Below are positions 9,820-18,768 of a stretch of 64,000 nucleotides of DNA, one piece after another. Both the position numbers and the translations under genes were made by a program. The notes under the pieces were generated by a model, which searched no databases, was not told the DNA's origin, and was given only the letters and a program-made list of their open reading frames with translations. Position 1 is the first letter of the stretch. Each line of letters opens with the position of its first letter. The DNA is from Acidilobaceae archaeon (GTDB lineage: Archaea > Thermoproteota > Thermoprotei_A > Sulfolobales > Acidilobaceae). The DNA lies in NCBI GenBank assembly GCA_038897215.1, contig JAWAWX010000001.1, forward strand, positions 896,001 to 960,000, given 5' to 3'.

Positions 9820-10425
9820 ATGCCCAGGAGAGTCTTGGTTGGAGCGATAGCCGTGGAGAGAGAGGGGCTAGCTGGAGTGAGGATAAGAGAGGTCTCGAGC
9901 AGTGCTGAGCTCTGCATAGACGTCTTAGACCCCCAGGGGTGCACCTACAAGCTCTATACTCACACACACGAAAACCACTACCCCAGCAACCCCCCGGGAG
10001 ACGCCTTCTCCCCCGCTGGGCCTAGGAGAGTAGCTCCAGGAGACTCTATGAGCCTCCCCCCCTTCTTCGTCCGCGCTGTCCACGCCTACAACAGAGAAGA
10101 CTTGGAGAGAGCTCCGAGACACAGGAGGGGGGAGGGAGTGGGATACATAGTCTACCACGGAGACTACTCCATCTACCACGTAGGAGACAGCGACCTCATA
10201 CCTGAGATGGCTTCACTCAGGTCTCTGGAGATCGACGTGATGCTGGTCCCTGTAGGAGGAGGCTCTGTTATGGAGCCAGAAGAGGCTCTAGAGGCTGTGA
10301 AGACTGTCAGGCCCTCGGTAGCAGTCCCGATACACTACTGGAACCTCAGAGACGCTGAGAGATTCAAGCTACTCTCACACCCGTACTCTCAGGTAATCCT
10401 GCTGGCATCGAGGAGCTCGCCATGA
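9820..10425 (+). CDS. Metallo-beta-lactamase-fold protein (UPF0173/UlaG-like)
   Basis: THTHENH (variant of HxHxDH), YHVGDS, VPIHY. Confidence 0.75.
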   Translation: MPRRVLVGAIAVEREGLAGVRIREVSSSAELCIDVLDPQGCTYKLYTHTHENHYPSNPPGDAFSPAGPRRVAPGDSMSLPPFFVRAVHAYNREDLERAPRHRRGEGVGYIVYHGDYSIYHVGDSDLIPEMASLRSLEIDVMLVPVGGGSVMEPEEALEAVKTVRPSVAVPIHYWNLRDAERFKLLSHPYSQVILLASRSSP

Positions 10426-12239
10426 GTTTAGTCACACCCCCCAGCATGAGGTACAACGCTGTAGAGCCTAGGGAGTACATGAGGATACACGCTGAGACAG
10501 TGAGTGACCTCGAGTCATTCTGGGCTCGCCAGGCGTCACAACTCCTCCGCTGGGAGAAGTCGTGGAGTAGGGTGCTCGCGGGAGAGAGCGCTCCCCGCAT
10601 CCGCTGGTTCGAGAACGGGCTCCTCAGCCCCTACTTCAACATAGTTGGGAGGCACCTATCGACCTCTATAGAGAGCAAGCCCGCTCTGATAGTAGAGGAT
10701 GAGGATGGATCGGCTAGGATAGCGAGCTATAGAGAGCTCGACGCGATATCGGGCATCCTGGCTAGAGCTCTCCGAGACCTAGGAGTGGGGAAGGAGAGCT
10801 GGGTTCTCTTCTACGCTCCGTACTCCGTGGAGGTTCTCGCCGCATTCCTGGCTTCTCTGAGGCTAGGGGCTTCCGCTGAGTTCGTCTTCACAGGGTTCGG
10901 GTGGCGTGAGCTGAAGAAAAGGATACTCAACAGGAGACCCAGAGTAGTCGTCGCACTCGATGCTATCACGAGACGCGGGAAGAAGATAAGCCTCATAGAG
11001 GCTCTAGAGAGGTCTCTCGCAGGCACTGAGCCCAAGCCGGAGGTAGTCGTGGTAGAGTCTTCGAGAAGCTCGGTCAAGTGGAGGAGCTTCGATGAGTTCC
11101 TCAAAGGCTCCTCAAGGCTGGAGAGAGACGCTGTAGTCGAGTCCTCTCACCCACTAGTAGGCTTCCACGTCGGGTACGAGGAGGACTTCGAGCCTCTAGC
11201 TCACGGAGCCGGGGGCTACTTGACTCAAGTAGTCTCAGTCACGCGATGGCTAGGCTTGAGAGCTAGAGACACTCTCTACTGCACTGTGAGCCCTGGCTGG
11301 ATAACCGCTGTATCGCACTGCATCGTGGGAGCTCTAGCAATAGGCTCTACTATAGTAGCCTACACGGGGGCTCCCGACTATCCGAGCTGGGAGAGATGGC
11401 TGGAGATCCTGGACTACTACTCTGTGACAGTCTTCTTGACTACGAGTTCTGCTCTAAGACTCCTCTTGAGGAGAGCCGGTGACAGAGTTGGAGACTACGA
11501 GCTGGACTCTCTGAAGATAGTTGTGACCACAGGAGAGCCCATGGAGGAGAGCTTGTGGAGCCAGGCTTACGCTAAGTTAGGCTCGAGCTCCTCCCCGCTC
11601 ATAGACTCGATACCAGGCAAGTCTGGCAGAATACCCGTATTCAACGCATACATCCAGACAGAGCTAGGAAGCTTTGCTACAGGCCATCTGACTAGCTCGG
11701 CATTCGGTCCAATAGCCCCAGGCTCCGCAGGACTCCCCGTGCTCGGTCTAGCTGTAGACGTAGCCGGGGAGGACTGCTCTCCTGTGAGGAACGCTTGGGG
11801 GAGGCTGGTCTTGAGGAAGCCCTGGCCCTCTATCCCCGTAGAGTACCCGAGAGAGTTCGAGGAGAGCTGGAGTGGTGGCTGCTACGATACGAGAGACTCT
11901 GCCCTCATGACTAGCGAGGGCTACATCTACGTGAGAGGCAGGAGAGACCAGGTCATTAAAGCAAGCGGCTACAGGCTGAGCCCTGGGGCTATAGAGAAGG
12001 CTATAGAGGAGTCTGGAGCGGCCGGGAAAGCCGTGGCTTCAGGCGTCCCAGACGAGGAGAGATTCGAGGCTGTGCTCGTAGCAGTCGAGAACGGAGACCC
12101 TCAAGCAGTGAGGAAGACTGTGAGAGAACTCGTGGGGCCTATAGCCGAGCCCTCCATAGTCTTGCATTTAGAGCTCTCGGGTGACAAGAGATCGCTGAGG
12201 AGAGCTCTCCGAGAGAGGAGTGCTCGAGGATACTCGTAG
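10422..12239 (+). CDS. Acetyl-CoA synthetase-like adenylate-forming-fold protein with degenerate P-loop
   Basis: WFENG, PGWIT, TGEP, QTELG, GRRDQVIKASGYRL align with ACS; YTSGTTGKPKG replaced by FHVGYEEDFEP. Confidence 0.8.
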   Translation: MSLVTPPSMRYNAVEPREYMRIHAETVSDLESFWARQASQLLRWEKSWSRVLAGESAPRIRWFENGLLSPYFNIVGRHLSTSIESKPALIVEDEDGSARIASYRELDAISGILARALRDLGVGKESWVLFYAPYSVEVLAAFLASLRLGASAEFVFTGFGWRELKKRILNRRPRVVVALDAITRRGKKISLIEALERSLAGTEPKPEVVVVESSRSSVKWRSFDEFLKGSSRLERDAVVESSHPLVGFHVGYEEDFEPLAHGAGGYLTQVVSVTRWLGLRARDTLYCTVSPGWITAVSHCIVGALAIGSTIVAYTGAPDYPSWERWLEILDYYSVTVFLTTSSALRLLLRRAGDRVGDYELDSLKIVVTTGEPMEESLWSQAYAKLGSSSSPLIDSIPGKSGRIPVFNAYIQTELGSFATGHLTSSAFGPIAPGSAGLPVLGLAVDVAGEDCSPVRNAWGRLVLRKPWPSIPVEYPREFEESWSGGCYDTRDSALMTSEGYIYVRGRRDQVIKASGYRLSPGAIEKAIEESGAAGKAVASGVPDEERFEAVLVAVENGDPQAVRKTVRELVGPIAEPSIVLHLELSGDKRSLRRALRERSARGYS

Positions 12240-12760
12240 TAGGCGTGGGGAACAGACTCTATGGAGACGACGGAGTGGGTAGTTGCCTAGTCGAAGCCAT
12301 ATCTAGGTGCCAGAGCCCGATAGAGACCAGGGTCTACGAGACTCTCGGCCTCTGGGAGCTCGATATATTCGAGTCTAGGAGACTCGTGGTCTTCGTGGAC
12401 GCTATCGGGCAACACGCTGAAGGCCTCAGAGTATTCAAGGTGGAGCCTGAACGCCTCTCTACCGAAGACCTTCTCGAACTCTCCAGGTCTCTAGACCCTC
12501 ACGACGTGGCTCCCTCAACGCTAGCAGTCCTAGCTCTAGCTAGTGGTACTCTGAGCGGAGAGTGCTACATAGTAGGGATACCCGCTGAGAGCCTAGAGCC
12601 GGGTCTCGGGCTCTCGGAGAGAGCTCTAAGAGGAGCTCTAGAGGCTCTAGAGGCTATTGAGCGCTTGCTAGGTAAGCATGAGTGCTACATCAGACTCGAT
12701 AGAGTGTGCGTTGAGAGAGAGATAGCGAAGAGCTGCGGGCTTCGAAGCATGGTAGTATAA
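12230..12760 (+). CDS. Hydrogenase maturation endopeptidase (HycI/HybD family)
   Basis: RILVVGVGNRLYGDDGVG, VFVDA, DPH; start uncertain because the motif extends upstream of GTG 12245. Confidence 0.85.
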   Translation: MLVVGVGNRLYGDDGVGSCLVEAISRCQSPIETRVYETLGLWELDIFESRRLVVFVDAIGQHAEGLRVFKVEPERLSTEDLLELSRSLDPHDVAPSTLAVLALASGTLSGECYIVGIPAESLEPGLGLSERALRGALEALEAIERLLGKHECYIRLDRVCVEREIAKSCGLRSMVV

Positions 12761-12788
12761 TTAGCCTGGAGGAAGAGAGCTAGAGCGG

Positions 12789-13544
12789 TTGTGGTGCTCT
12801 GGATTGAGTCTGATTAGAGCTGTGTGTGGTCAAGACGAGCACTGCTTCATAGAGCTCTGGGGCTTCATGGAGTCTCTAGCCGAGCTGGATAGGAAGCTCG
12901 GAGAGGTCAGAGTAGAGGGCTCTCTAGGAGCCGCTGCCCCCGTGATCATCGGGGTCCCCGAGGAGACCATCTCAGAGATGAGCGATAAGCTCTACAGAGC
13001 TCTCAGAGAGCTCGGCTACGATATAGAGAAGGAGAGCGTCGACAGGGGGGCTAGAGGAGCGTACGAGCCCGAAGACCAGGCGTCTTCATTCGCCTCATTC
13101 GCATTCAAGAGGCTACTCTACAAGACTGCTAGAGGAGCAGAGCACCAAGCGCTATCACAGCCCTGGAGTGAGACCTACTGCCCTGTCTGCGGGCTTCTGC
13201 CCGTAGCTGTGGTCGATGAGCGTGATGAAAGCGGCTTTCCTCAAGCTAGGTACAAGTGCCTCTGTGGAAACTCGTGGAGACAGAGTGAGTTCATGTGCCC
13301 TAGCTGTAAAGCCAGAGGAGGAGAGAACTTTGAGGTACACCATGTCGGCAGGCTCCCCATGTATCTATGCAAGAACTGCGGTCACATGATGCTAGTAGCT
13401 AGCTCGGAGCACATTAGTGGAGCAGAAGATGAGGAGATACTCCCGATAATAGCGGCGATAGCTGCAAACACCATACTCCAAGAGCTCTCGCAAGAATCAG
13501 GAGAAGAGGGGGGAGATGAGAGAGAAGACGTGAGGATAGAGTGA
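12789..13544 (+). CDS. FdhE-like accessory protein
   Basis: W...CPVCG, CxC...W, CPSC, CKNC cysteine pattern of FdhE. Confidence 0.7.
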   Translation: MWCSGLSLIRAVCGQDEHCFIELWGFMESLAELDRKLGEVRVEGSLGAAAPVIIGVPEETISEMSDKLYRALRELGYDIEKESVDRGARGAYEPEDQASSFASFAFKRLLYKTARGAEHQALSQPWSETYCPVCGLLPVAVVDERDESGFPQARYKCLCGNSWRQSEFMCPSCKARGGENFEVHHVGRLPMYLCKNCGHMMLVASSEHISGAEDEEILPIIAAIAANTILQELSQESGEEGGDEREDVRIE

Positions 13545-13720
13545 ACCACTCTACTCGCCAACACTGCTCCAGTTGCCTCTCGATAGGTTGCTACTTGCTA
13601 GTATCTGCTATCCGGTAACCTCTCACAGCTCTCCTCTAGCTACGTGGAGGAAGGCTTGATAAGTCATACTCACGCATCATCGACAAGTAGCTCTGTCGCT
13701 GATCTCGAGTAGGCTCTACT

Positions 13721-14761
13721 CTAGTACGCCATGGCTTCTACCGCGTAAGCTTCTCTAGCCAGCCTCGTGGGAGGCTTAGAGCTCACTTCTCTCGCTAGCT
13801 TCCAGGCAATGTACATCGTTAGAATTCTGGGCAGTAGTCTCGATATAATGTGGACTATTAGCGGTATCTTGATCCTAGCTCCGGCTGCTCGAGGGTGCCC
13901 ACCACCGCCCAGTCTTCTCGAGAGCTCCTGCACGTCGACTGTTCTACTGCGTAGAGAGATGCCCCCATTTGGTCTAGCTATGCAGGCTATGTCCGCAGAG
14001 TATCTAGCCATCATTATAGCTGCTAGAATACCGTTAGCTGGAGGCCCCTCGTCTTTGAGAGCTACAGCTATGCGTACTCCTCTAGCCTCCATCACGGAGA
14101 CTGTTGAGAGAGCCTTGCTCACATTCTCGAGCTCCATAGAGACGTACTCCTCTACTCGAGAAGCGAGCTCCTCATCCCAGAGCACTCCGCTAGCTAGCTT
14201 CTCGACTACTCTAGCTTTCCACTTGTAGCTAGCTTCTCTTGCTCCTACAGCTCTGAACAGCTTGGGCGAGTAGGGGTTATCCCATCTCCAGAGGTCCGCT
14301 GAGCAGACAGCGTCTACGAGCCTAGCGGTATACTCGTCCGGCTCTCCCCCCCAGAGTATTGGAGCATACCTGGCTACTACTCCCGTAGCACACGTCGTTT
14401 TATCGATAAAGATGCTGACTCCACGTCTTCTGAGCTCCTCAGCCTCCCCGCTGTCCCACACGTGGTGGTCGTACCACTCTACTCGAGCCCCCTTGCTCGA
14501 TATGAGGGATACTGCTCTCAGGAGCTCTCTCCAGCTCTCCGGGTTTACTCCTAGGTCGCTTATCGCTACGCAATCTCCTCGCTCCACGTGCTCTGCTAGG
14601 CTAGAGAGAGCTTCGTGGAGGTCGTATGGCTCAGCGAAGACTAGCGTAGCGTCATAGCCTAGCCTTCTGCCAGCTATCCTCAAGAGCACTGCTGCTGCGC
14701 CAACGCCGTCTAGGTCTGTGTGAGTCACTATGTATAGGTGATTGCAACTACTCGAGTCCAC
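13721..14761 (-). CDS. DHH/DHHA1 phosphoesterase
   Basis: HTDLDG, SDLG, DHH, GGGGHPRAAG; start placed at GTG 14761. Confidence 0.9.
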   Translation of the reverse strand: MDSSSCNHLYIVTHTDLDGVGAAAVLLRIAGRRLGYDATLVFAEPYDLHEALSSLAEHVERGDCVAISDLGVNPESWRELLRAVSLISSKGARVEWYDHHVWDSGEAEELRRRGVSIFIDKTTCATGVVARYAPILWGGEPDEYTARLVDAVCSADLWRWDNPYSPKLFRAVGAREASYKWKARVVEKLASGVLWDEELASRVEEYVSMELENVSKALSTVSVMEARGVRIAVALKDEGPPANGILAAIMMARYSADIACIARPNGGISLRSRTVDVQELSRRLGGGGHPRAAGARIKIPLIVHIISRLLPRILTMYIAWKLAREVSSKPPTRLAREAYAVEAMAY

Positions 14762-15287
14762 TGCCGCCACCCAGCTCCGAGAACTGCTTCCTGAGGATAG
14801 CCCAAGTGTCTGAGAGTAGCTGGGGGAGCACCTTGGTTCTGCCAACTACGAGCATGAAGTTAGAGTCTCCGATCCACCTAGGCACTACGTGGATATGGAC
14901 GTGGCCTGGGACGCCTGCTCCCGCTGCCTCCCCTATGTTGGCTCCCACGTTGAAGCCGTGAGGCTCGAATGCTCTCCTCAGAGCCCTGAGGCTCAGCCCT
15001 AGTAGCTCGAAGACCTCTAGAGCCTCTTCTCTCGTGAGCTCCTCGAATGAAGGCACGTGACGGTAGGGGGCTATCATTAAGTGCCCGGTGTTGTACGGGT
15101 ACTTGTTGAGGATAACGTAGGCGAGCCTACCTCTATAGACTATCAGAGAGTCCTCGTCTCTCAACTGTGGAGCAGTGCAGAAGAGGCATTCTCCAGCTCC
15201 GCCTCTACCAGCTGCCTTAGCTGCATCCTGAACGTAGGCTAGCCTCCAGGGAGCCCAGAGTATGTCGAACATTGGCTTATCGCTCAC
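14748..15287 (-). CDS. HIT-family nucleotide hydrolase (Ap4A phosphorylase-like)
   Basis: LWAPWR, CLFC, NKYPYNTGH, HVHIHVVPRW. Confidence 0.92.
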   Translation of the reverse strand: MSDKPMFDILWAPWRLAYVQDAAKAAGRGGAGECLFCTAPQLRDEDSLIVYRGRLAYVILNKYPYNTGHLMIAPYRHVPSFEELTREEALEVFELLGLSLRALRRAFEPHGFNVGANIGEAAGAGVPGHVHIHVVPRWIGDSNFMLVVGRTKVLPQLLSDTWAILRKQFSELGGGSGLE

Positions 15288-15364
15288 CAGCTAGCACCCC
15301 TCAAGTAGCCTTCTTCTCTTCGAGTTCAAGCAGTGGAGGCGAGCAGATAAACGTTAGGGTAGAC

Positions 15365-15426
15365 TGCTGGTCAGCCAGGTCCCCAGTCCTCACTACTCGG
15401 TCTTCGGCAAACACTTCATCCCAGCA
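15365..15426 (-). ncRNA. Box C/D guide sRNA
   Basis: TGCTGG/CCAGCA terminal stem; C GGGATGA, 15-nt guide, D' CCGA, C' GTGAGGA, 12-nt guide, D CTGA. Confidence 0.8.
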
Positions 15427-15585
15427 TAGAGTATGTAGGAGAGAGGAGCCTAATTAGCGTGCTCGACGCGAAGACCGCTCATCACCGCACTCCATCTAGC
15501 TACTCTAGTCTTCGCTGAGGAGGAGTAGTCGAGACTGGCTCTCGGAGGGCCTCTCTGTAGCCAGCGCTCCTCCTCGCGTGACTCG

Positions 15586-16509
15586 TCATTGAGTAGTGTG
15601 GGATAGCTCTTGTAGCAGGTAGTCTACGAACTCTCGCGGGTTGAAGGGCTTTAGGTCCTCGTATTTCTGCCCCACCCCCAGGTATAGGATAGGCTTTCCT
15701 ATAGCGGCCGCGACCGAGATCACGACTCCGCCTTTAGCATCTGCATCAGCTTTAGCTATTATCACTCCATCTACTCCAACTCCCTCGTTGAAGACTCTAG
15801 CTTGCTCTACAGCATCGTTTCCGGCTAGAGAGTCTACCACTAGGATCCTCATGTTCGGCTTCGCTACTCTAACTATCTTCCTCAACTCATCCATCAGGTC
15901 ATCGTCCACGTGGATCCTCCCAGCTGTATCGGCTAAGACTACGCAATGCCCTCGAGACTTGGCGAAGCCGATAGCGTCTACTATGACGCTAGCCGGGTCT
16001 GAGCCGTACCGCCCTCTAACCACAGGGACTCCTATTCTCTCAGCGTGAGCCGCTAGCTGCTCTTGAGCTCCCGCTCTGAAGGTGTCGGCTGCAGCAACGA
16101 CGGGCTTGAGCCCCCTGTTCTTCATCATGTAGGCTACCTTAGCTATACTGGTAGTCTTCCCGACACCGTTGACCCCAAAGAAGACTATCGTGTAGAGAGA
16201 CCGTGTTGCGCACGCTCTCGCGCACTCCTCTAGGAGCGGTGGGGGCTCTATCGAGACTAGCTTCTCGAGTTCTCCTCTAAGAGCCTCTAGGACTGCTGAA
16301 CGGGGGTCCTCTAGTCTGCCTATCCTGGCTTCTCTCAGCTTCTCTGAGACTCTCTCAGCTATCTTCTCCGAGACCTCTAGAGCCACGTCTGCGTCTACGA
16401 GCTTGAGTATCAGCTCTTGACTAAGCTTCTCGATCTCCTCGTCGGAGAGGTGTCTGTACTTTACTCTATCGACTAGCTCTGAGAAGACTCGCCGGATTCT
16501 CTCAAACAC
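15586..16509 (-). CDS. ftsY: SRP receptor FtsY
   Basis: GVNGVGKTT, DTFRAGA, DTAGR, KGG, GVGQ. Confidence 0.97.
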   Translation of the reverse strand: MFERIRRVFSELVDRVKYRHLSDEEIEKLSQELILKLVDADVALEVSEKIAERVSEKLREARIGRLEDPRSAVLEALRGELEKLVSIEPPPLLEECARACATRSLYTIVFFGVNGVGKTTSIAKVAYMMKNRGLKPVVAAADTFRAGAQEQLAAHAERIGVPVVRGRYGSDPASVIVDAIGFAKSRGHCVVLADTAGRIHVDDDLMDELRKIVRVAKPNMRILVVDSLAGNDAVEQARVFNEGVGVDGVIIAKADADAKGGVVISVAAAIGKPILYLGVGQKYEDLKPFNPREFVDYLLQELSHTTQ

Positions 16510-16959
16510 CTACCTCTTCCTCTCCGCTTGAGCAACGAGTTGCTGGAGGAGCAGATAGTATCTATCGTGGAGCGATGCTAGCTGAGAGATCGTCTTAGCG
16601 GTCTCGTCTACAGCTCTCTCTAGTCTAGCTCTCCTCTCCTCTAGGATCTTTACCGCCTGGTCTGTGGGGAGCTTAGCGTAGATATTGAATCCTAGAGAGA
16701 CTAGAGCCCTCCCTCTCTCTAGAGGAGCCACAGCTACCGCTACGTTGTACGCTGGGTCTAGGAAGACTATCGCCGAGTCTTCGGACTCGTTTATGCTCTT
16801 GAGTCCAGCTATCGCTCTCTCAACGCTCTCCTTAGCTTCAAGCAATCTCCTCAGGTAGTCTTTAAGAGCGTCTATCTCTTCTCTCACTAGCTGGATGTTT
16901 AGAGCTAGAGTCTCCAAGTCCACCTCGGGTCGCTTCGAGCTAGAAGTAGTAGACAACAC
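16510..16959 (-). CDS. pfdA: Prefoldin alpha subunit
   Basis: Coiled-coil/hairpin layout, VSLGFNIY, conserved slot between LX and ftsY. Confidence 0.85.
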   Translation of the reverse strand: MLSTTSSSKRPEVDLETLALNIQLVREEIDALKDYLRRLLEAKESVERAIAGLKSINESEDSAIVFLDPAYNVAVAVAPLERGRALVSLGFNIYAKLPTDQAVKILEERRARLERAVDETAKTISQLASLHDRYYLLLQQLVAQAERKR

Positions 16960-17220
16960 CTACACCACTATCTTGTCCAGGGAGGCTAGCTTAACTATAT
17001 TTCTATCCTCGACCTCGGATAGCGGTACCTCGCGTATACTCTCTACCCTTATGTGGCTTCTCTTCAGCTTATGCCTGCTACCCAGCTCTGAGTAGACTAT
17101 CTCTAGAGCGTCCTCTGGTCTCAGCGCTCTAACGTATCTCCTGAACTTTCTCCACTCGGGGTTTCTATCGTGCCCTATGAGCATGCGACCCTCTACCAGA
17201 TACGTCTTCACCTCAGTCAC
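16960..17220 (-). CDS. rpl18a: 50S ribosomal protein L18Ae/LX (eL20)
   Basis: YSELGSRHKLKR. Confidence 0.93.
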   Translation of the reverse strand: MTEVKTYLVEGRMLIGHDRNPEWRKFRRYVRALRPEDALEIVYSELGSRHKLKRSHIRVESIREVPLSEVEDRNIVKLASLDKIVV

Positions 17221-17907
17221 CTACCCTCCACCCCCCAGAGCCGCCTGTATTCTAACTATCTCGGGGCCCGTGGTCTCAGAGCCTACTAGCGCTCCCTTAG
17301 AGTTCGCTACTAGCCCTGCTCTCACGAAGGAGACGCCGAAGTTGACTGTAGCCGTCGCTATCGGGACTCTGAAGTACTCCTCTAGGAGCTTAATCTCGTC
17401 TTCTGTAGCCTCGGGGCAAACCACGCCCCCCCTATTGGTTACTACTAAGACGGAGCCTACTACGTTGAAGCCGCCTATGCTCGCTCTCCTAACCTCTACT
17501 CCTAGAGCGTCCGATATGGTTTTAGCTAGAGAGTTGTCGAAAAACGGGTATATTATCGCTGCTCTGTCGTTTGCCGCTAGCAGGTTCCCGATAGCGTTTT
17601 CCGCCACGTCGACCAAGACTATGTTTATATCTCCAAGCTCTCTCTTTATCTTCTTCACCTCATCCTCCGGGACTCCTCTAGGCAGGATGAGACCGTTACT
17701 GTTCCCTCCAGCAAAGACCCCTATTAGCCTAGTGTTGAATAAAGTCGCTCTAACAACCCTATCTACTCTCAGCGTGCTCCTAACTAGCTCCTCCTCTTTC
17801 TCTGTAAGACTCGGGGGCACGAGAGCATAGTTCTCCGCTACGTGCATGTAGACTCCTATGTTGGGGTTACCGTCTACCGTCATCTTAGCGATCTCGAATC
17901 TAGCCAT
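17221..17907 (-). CDS. eif6: Translation initiation factor 6
   Basis: GNPNIGV, GNSNG, TVNFG, NSKGALVG.ETTGPE. Confidence 0.95.
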   Translation of the reverse strand: MARFEIAKMTVDGNPNIGVYMHVAENYALVPPSLTEKEEELVRSTLRVDRVVRATLFNTRLIGVFAGGNSNGLILPRGVPEDEVKKIKRELGDINIVLVDVAENAIGNLLAANDRAAIIYPFFDNSLAKTISDALGVEVRRASIGGFNVVGSVLVVTNRGGVVCPEATEDEIKLLEEYFRVPIATATVNFGVSFVRAGLVANSKGALVGSETTGPEIVRIQAALGGGG

Positions 17908-17929
17908 GGGTTGCTAATCCTCCCCTCTT

Positions 17930-18241
17930 CTAGCTGAGAGCTCCGGGTCTCGCTTCTCTTGGAGCGAGCTTTACTACAGCGACCTTCAGCGGCTCCTCTC
18001 CCTCTCTCTTCTCCTCCTTGAGTTCTACGAGAACCTTGACTCTCGCTGGAGGCTTTTCTCTCCCTCTAGACCAGATCAGGTTGTTTACCTCGTCGTAAAC
18101 GACTACTCTATCTGCTTTAGTGTGTCTAGCTATGAACTCTCTCAGTAGCCGGACGGCTCTATCCGCTCTATTGGACCTCCTGCCCCAGTACACCCTCCTC
18201 AGGTTGACCACGTAGACTATCCTCTCGGGCTTCTCGGACAC
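17930..18241 (-). CDS. rpl31e: 50S ribosomal protein L31e
   Basis: RADRAV, IWSRGREKPP. Confidence 0.95.
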   Translation of the reverse strand: MSEKPERIVYVVNLRRVYWGRRSNRADRAVRLLREFIARHTKADRVVVYDEVNNLIWSRGREKPPARVKVLVELKEEKREGEEPLKVAVVKLAPREARPGALS

Positions 18242-18245
18242 CTCT

Positions 18246-18401
18246 CTACACCTTCAGCTTGCTCCTCCTCCAGTTTCTAGCCGCTGGCCTCCAGGTCACC
18301 TTCCTCCTAGTCTTCGCTACTACCCAGATGGGTAGAGCTCTATTAGAGTCTAGTGCTGAAGCTAAGCGTAGCTTCCTCCCTAGAGGCTTGTTTCTAGCCA
18401 A
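18246..18401 (-). CDS. rpl39e: 50S ribosomal protein L39e (below ORF-track length cutoff)
   Basis: TTG start; MARNKPLGRKLRLASALDSNRALPIWVVAKTRRKVTWRPAARNWRRSKLKV. Confidence 0.95.
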   Translation of the reverse strand: MARNKPLGRKLRLASALDSNRALPIWVVAKTRRKVTWRPAARNWRRSKLKV

Positions 18402-18411
18402 TCTCCTCCAC

Positions 18412-18768
18412 CTACTTTCTTCTAAACGTTATCTTGTACTCACGCCTACTCCTGCTATCCAGCTCGGCTAATAAACTCTTAACGAACTCCTCGTCAATAG
18501 GTGGAGTGAGCCTCCCAGCTGAGACCAGCTGTATTATGTAGTTCTCGGCTAGCTCTGCTAGCTCTGGCCTAACTAGCCTGATGTTCTCGAGTCTAGCTCT
18601 AGCCTCGCTCGTCAAGATAGACCTGAGGATAGCCCTCCTCCTCTCCTCTGCTTCAAGCTTCTTCTTCTCCTCCTCAGCTCTCCTCTTAAGCTCCTCCAGC
18701 TTCCTTCTCTTAAGCTCCTCTAGCTCTAGGGCTCCCGCATCTTCATCGAAGCCCGTAGAGTAGCTCAT
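18412..18768 (-). CDS. PDCD5-like DNA-binding protein
   Basis: ILTSEARARLENIRLVRPE; conserved slot between S19e and L39e. Confidence 0.9.
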   Translation of the reverse strand: MSYSTGFDEDAGALELEELKRRKLEELKRRAEEEKKKLEAEERRRAILRSILTSEARARLENIRLVRPELAELAENYIIQLVSAGRLTPPIDEEFVKSLLAELDSRSRREYKITFRRK

